Source: the human T2T-CHM13v2.0 reference genome, Homo sapiens. From it: 64,000 bases of DNA. This document shows, one piece after another, positions 58,785-64,000 of this stretch (positions within the stretch are counted from its first letter, which is position 1; each line of letters opens with the position of its first letter). The stretch lies in assembly GCF_009914755.1 (NCBI RefSeq), contig NC_060937.1; one strand, 5' to 3'. The position numbers and the translations under genes were made by a program. Below the pieces are notes generated by a model. The model was not told where the DNA came from and searched no databases. It saw only the letters and a program-made list of their open reading frames with translations.

Positions 58785-59000
58785 ATTCAGTCAGACTATG
58801 AACCTCACAAAACCAGATGACATGTCTTATCTTTAGTTCCTGGCACTGAAAGTCAAGGTACAACAGAGACTTAAATACATTTTTGATGTTGCAAATAGGA
58901 TTTCTGAAAAGTTAGTTACTTGATTTATTCATTCAAAAAATATTTATCAAGTGCCTACTGTGTTCTGGGCATTCTTCCAGTCCTAGTCACTGATAAGTCA
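58785..59000. mobile_element. Two L2 3' ends, tail to tail
   Basis: Sense end agactatgaacctc...cttaaatacattttt, then antisense end ttattcattcaaaaaatatttatcaagtgcctactgtg. Confidence 0.6.
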
Positions 59001-60639
59001 ATAAATTTTCCATACACTATTTAGTAGAATTACTTAGCTTCTTTAAATGGCAATTTCTCTTTACCTGGAATAGAATGTCCCAAATGAGTTAACGTTAGGT
59101 AAACATCTCAGCTTGAGGGCCATTCTACTTTATCAGCCAAGACTTTTTAATACTTCATTTTTTAAAAAATTCAGGAAATAAACTTTTTTATAGGTTGGTA
59201 AGTTATTTACTTGCTATAGTTGTTTTAAATATAATTGGTATGAAAAATTTGTTAATTGAGGGATTCAGAAATGAAGAATTTTGTTAAATAAGTTAATAGG
59301 CTTTGGTGGTATGAACATATACTTAACTGTTTATTATACTTTTTATTCTTTTAGTGAGTTATATTAAACGAGGCCTTAGCCCTTCCATGTGTTCTTTCTA
59401 CACAGCAATTTGCACTTTATGTAGTCTAATATCTCTATAGAATTATCCTAAAGATTAAAATTCTGCCAAACACTTCTGGCCAGAGCCCCTGTTGATCATT
59501 CCAATTTAGACAAATGAAAATAATCATTTTAATTTTGCTCTCAAATCTTTTTCAGATTGTTATTCAATACTTTAAACACATATTCTTTAACATGCTATTT
59601 CAGTTTAGTAGCATCTTATCTGCTTTTTACTTTTCTATTTAAAAATTGTCTTCTAAGAAGATTGTATAAATAGGACTAAAACTATAGAAATCTAAAAAAG
59701 ACTTACTAGAATGGGTATAATTGTGCCTTAATGAGATACTGGGGTTCTACATGTGTATGTGCATAAAAGAGATAATCTTCCAAAATACTGTTCTTAGAAA
59801 TGTTTTACCACACATATTTGAAAATCCATCACTTCCATATTTCTCAAACGTGAGTAGGGCTGCTCATGATTATTCTTTATAATTTTGAAATTAATGGCAG
59901 GGGGAGGGGTACATGCAAATTCTTAAATAAGCTATCTAAAGCTGCATCTCTGCTTTAAAACACATTACCTTTTAAAGACAGTATTTCAGAATTTCAACGT
60001 GAATGGAAGCGTCAAATTGATGCTCAATATTAATTTGCTTATTTATGCTAGAATGCACTTACATGGTAAAAAGGTAGATATCAAAAAATAAAGATTCTCT
60101 ATTTTGAGACACTGAAGTAGATTTTCTTTTGGTCTCACTGCCATAAATCCCATTAGTGTTAATTGGAGATTTGCATGTGCATTGAGAGAATAATATACCT
60201 CATTATTCTTGAGTAACAGCTACTGACTTTTGAAGGCCATTTAGAATGTATGACAGGAAACAAATAAAAGCATACCACTTAGCTTTTTGAAAGTTATTTT
60301 CATATATTGGAAAATAAAACAAAAGGCTTCACAAATGCTTTACAGCCACAGTTTTATCATTTCAACAATAAAATTTGTAAAACCAACTTTTGTAGCTTAA
60401 CCAGTTAGTGAATATGTAAACTATATCTACAATCTGCTTCTTGGTAGACCTTGGCCCTGAAAACATACACCTGTTTACTTTGTTGCTGTTGTTTTATATA
60501 TTTTATCCATTAAAACTCTACTGTGAAAAAGAAATAATGCTTTTAGTTTTAAAATAATTAAGATTGGTTGAAAGACTACTTTTGGATATTATGATAAAGA
60601 CAACCCATAACTATAAGGCACTTGTGTGACAATCACTAT

Positions 60640-60770
60640 TTTAAGCACATTTTTAAGTATAGACTTAATAAACATTCAGCAACTCTATGAGGCTAATATC
60701 ATTATTCCTCTTACAGACAGGAAAATAGAAGTATCAAATTAATTTGCCCAAAGTCACATACAGGTGGTGT
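60640..60770 (-). mobile_element. MIR SINE
   Basis: cagcaactctatgagg...ttacagacaggaaaatag...aatttgcccaaagtcaca. Confidence 0.75.
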
Positions 60771-61101
60771 GTCTCAATAAACTGTGCCAATGAGTAAGCC
60801 CAAATGAGTAGGCTTTACACTGAAACACAAACACACTTGTCAACAATTAAAACTTTTTAGCTAATTCAACTCATCCCCTTTAGAAGACATGTTGGATGAA
60901 CTATTATTACACATGCTTCATAGGGTGTCTCATCAGTCACCACATTCAATTTAGCAGACGCACATGATTTCTCTGAGAAGAGTTGACAGTGACAATTTCT
61001 GAGCTCCTTATAATAATGGCTAACATGTAGAGTGCATCTCCATGACAGATGCTATTCTAAGCAATATTGTTTCACTATTAAACCATTTAAATCTAACCTT
61101 T

Positions 61102-62368
61102 TGAGAGGTGACAGCATGCTGGTAGCCCTCACAGCCCTCACTCGCTCTGGGCGCCTCCTCGGCCTTGGCGCCCACTCTGGCCGCGCTTGAGGAGCCCTTC
61201 AGCCCGCCGCTGCACTGTGGGAGCCCCTTTCTGGGCTGCCCAAGGCCAAAGCCGGCTCCCTCAGCTTGCAGGGAGGTGTGGAGGGAGAGGCGCGGGCGGG
61301 AACCGCGGCTGCGCGCGGCGCTTGCGGGCGGGCGTAGGCTCGGCAGGCTCTGCACTCGCAGCGGCCAGACGGCCCGGAAGCCGCCCTCCGTGAGGGGCTT
61401 AGCACCTGGGCCAGCAGCTCCTGTGCTCAACTTCTGGTAGGGCCTTAGGTGCCTCCGCGCGGGGCAGGGCGCGGGACCTGCAGCCTGCCATGCCTGAGCC
61501 TCTCCCACGCCGAGGGCTCCTGCGCCGCCGGCGCTTCCCCCAAGAGCACCGCCCCCTTCTGCACAGCACCCAGTCCCATCGACCAGCCAAGGGCTGAGGA
61601 GTGCAGCAGGCTCAAGGCGCAGGACTGGCAGGCAGCTCCACGTGCCGCCCGGGTGTGGGATCCACTGGGTGAAGCTAGCTGGGCTTCTAAGTCTGGTGGG
61701 GACTTGGAGAACCTTTATGTCTAGCTAAGGGATTGTAAATACACCAATGGGCATTCTGTGTCTAGCTCAAGGTTTGTAAACACATCAATCAGCACCCTGT
61801 GTCTAGCTCAGGGTTTGTGAATGCACCAATCAACACTCTGTATCTACCTACTCTGGTGGGGACTTGGAGAACCTTTGTGTCCACACTGTATCTAGCTAAT
61901 CTAGTGGGGACCTGCAGAACTTTTGTGTCTAGCTCAGGGATTGTAAACGCACCAATCAGCACCCTGTCAAAATGGACCAATCAGCTCTCTGTAAAATGGA
62001 CCAATCAGCAGGATGTGGGTGGGGCCAGATAAGAGAATAAAAGCAGGCTGCCTGAGCCACCCGCTGGGGTCCCCTTCCACACTGGAAAATTTGTTCTTTC
62101 ACTCTTTGCAATAAATCTTGCTGCTGCTCACTCTTTGGGTCCACACTGCATTTATGAGCTGTAACACTCACCGTGAAGGTCTGCAGCTTCACTCCTGAAG
62201 CCAGAGAGACCACGAACCCACCAGAAGGAAGAAACTCCTAACACATCCGAGCATCAGAAGGAACAAACTCCAGACACGCCGCCTTTAAGAACTGTGACAC
62301 TCACTGCGAGGGTCCGCAGCTTCATTCTTGAAGTCAGTGAGACCAAGAACCCACCAATTCCGGACACA
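61102..62368 (+). mobile_element. Solo LTR12C (HERV9 LTR)
   Basis: Termini tgagaggtgacagcatgctgg... and ...gaccaagaacccaccaattccggacaca, a GC/CpG-rich U3, tandem tctagct/ccaatc repeats, and a perfect 4-bp TSD cttt (61098-61101 / 62369-62372). Confidence 0.98.
61690..62115 (+). promoter_or_regulatory. LTR12C U3 enhancer/promoter: CCAAT (NF-Y) array, GC/GT box, GATA, TATA-like box and poly(A) signal
   Basis: ccaat at ~61744, 61826, 61951, 61977 and 62001; gggtgggg; gataa at 62028; aataaaa at 62036; poly(A) aataaa at 62110. Confidence 0.8.
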
Positions 62369-63355
62369 CTTTGAGATAGATGCTGTTGCTATCTTCCTTT
62401 TAAAGATAATGAAACAGGGGCAGAGAAAGGAGAAATAATATTCAAATTTTAAAAGAATTTGAACACAGGCATTCAGGTTCCAGAAAAGAGACAAGATATG
62501 ATTGAAGAAATGTAGGTGTGGGGCTCTTTGAGCTTGGATTTAAATTCTATATCATAACCTCATGGGAGGAGATGAGGAGGAAAACCATTGTCTACAAACA
62601 AACTAAAAACAGTCAAACTAAGCAAAAGTTTGCTTGTGTTTTTATTATCACCGTGTGAAGGCTATTTTTTTTTTTTTTTTAATGTCAGGGGGAAGATACT
62701 CCTCCCCATTGAGGTGGGCCTCTCCCATGACCTCCATCTTCCTTTTTTCATATACTATCGCCAAGACCAACATTCATTAGATGCTTTCAGACACCACATG
62801 ATGAAACAGAATTATGAATGGGGAACCCACAGAGTTGCTGTAAATGAGAAAATTTAAGTGAAGTAAGCAGTTGTATTGCGGTCACTCTAAAATAATAGAA
62901 GTCATGAATTTGAACCCCCCTAAAAAAGTGTATTTCCATTTGGTCTCTAACAATGTTCCACTACTTGACCAGTGATAGCCTTTCACATTGGCTTGCTGTC
63001 CCCATTCCCAGAGCTTTAACAAAAGCAAAACAAACATGATAATGATGGTGGTTTAGACTCTCAGGCTACATCTGCTGTCCATGCAGGCAGATGAGAATAT
63101 GGCCTGTAATTTTCAAACCCTAGACAACTGATTGTAGATCCTTCTTATGAAACAATGTTTCTTTCTTGAATCAGCTTAATTTATTTACTTGTTTTCAGAG
63201 AATGGAAATGAAATGAGAAGGAAATGGTGAAAACCTTAATATCACAAAATGGATACAGGATACCTCTCAGGCTCATTATATATCTGTTTAATACAAAAAT
63301 AGTATCAAACACCAACCATGTGCCAGGCACTGTTTTAGGTGCTGGGAATACCATC

Positions 63356-63890
63356 TGCTATTTGTTTTCCATGACTGATGTAACAAATTACAGCACACTT
63401 CATGGCTTCCAACAGCAAAGTTTGTTATCTTACAATTCTGTAGGTTAGAAGTCTAGTATATATTACTAGGCTAAAGACATGTTGGCTGAGCTGCATTCAT
63501 TTCTGCAAGTTCCAGAGACGAACCCACTTTCTTATGTTTTCCAGCTTCTAGAGGTGGTCCATATTCCTTGGTTTGTGGTTACCTTTGAAAATGGAAGGTA
63601 GCCACAAACCAAGAAATATGAGCCACCTCTAGAAGCTGGTCCATCTGGTCATATTCATAATGAATCACATTGAAACTGACTCTTCCACTTCCTTTTTTAC
63701 TTGAAAGAACACTTGTGATTACGTTTCCTGTGCTCCACAATATAGAAAAATCTCCTTATTTTAAGGTCATATGATTAAAAAGCATAATTTCATCTACAAC
63801 CTTAATTTCCTTTTGCCAGGTAACATAGCATAATAACGGCTTCTAGGCATTAGAACGTAGACAATATAGACTATTATTCTATCTTCCACA
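63356..63890 (-). mobile_element. MaLR LTR (MLT1C/D) containing an inverted duplication
   Basis: gtaacaaattacagcacactt...cttacaattctgtaggttagaagtct...aatctccttattttaaggtca...attattctatcttccaca. Confidence 0.85.
63541..63639. repeat. 99-bp inverted repeat (45-bp arms, 9-nt loop)
   Basis: ccagcttctagaggtggtccatattccttggtttgtggttacctt [tgaaaatgg] aaggtagccacaaaccaagaaatatgagccacctctagaagctgg; 41 of 45 positions are Watson-Crick pairs. Confidence 0.97.
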
Positions 63891-64000
63891 TTGTGTGTAT
63901 TCACACATTTCTTAAAGCTTGTGGGAGAGACATGCTGATTTTGTGAGTAAGCAAATAAATAGAAGTATTCAGAAGCTGTGAAACCTACTGGAAGTATTTT

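Noticed and set aside
61690-62010. Regularly spaced repeats resembling an array
   Set aside because: These are the known LTR12 U3 tandem enhancer repeats, not a CRISPR array; the DNA is mammalian.
61020-62213. Several ORFs up to 162 aa
   Set aside because: All lie in the GC-rich LTR12C, where stop codons are rare; no protein family signature.

Overview
This is primate (most likely human) AT-rich nuclear DNA from an intergenic region or a very long intron. It is not prokaryotic and I find no credible protein-coding gene: the ORFs in the track are repeat-derived or chance. About half of the window is recognisable transposon debris: old L1 LINEs, about 12 Alus, MIR and L2, DNA-transposon MITEs, a complete MaLR (THE1D/MSTA) provirus, solo LTRs (MER52-like, MSTA, MLT1, LTR12C) and a decayed ERVL-class provirus. 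The most notable structures are: (1) the ERVL-class provirus at 7.7-11.7 kb, which carries a gamma-type env remnant and whose gag-pol block is inverted between duplicated breakpoints; (2) a near-perfect 99-nt fold-back hairpin created inside an MLT1 LTR, 1.2 kb downstream of a CpG-rich LTR12C promoter; (3) an internal inversion in an L1; (4) two Alus that used the same target site. Subfamily names come from recalled consensus sequences and need Dfam/RepeatMasker confirmation. I cannot identify the locus and see no evidence of a new multi-gene system.
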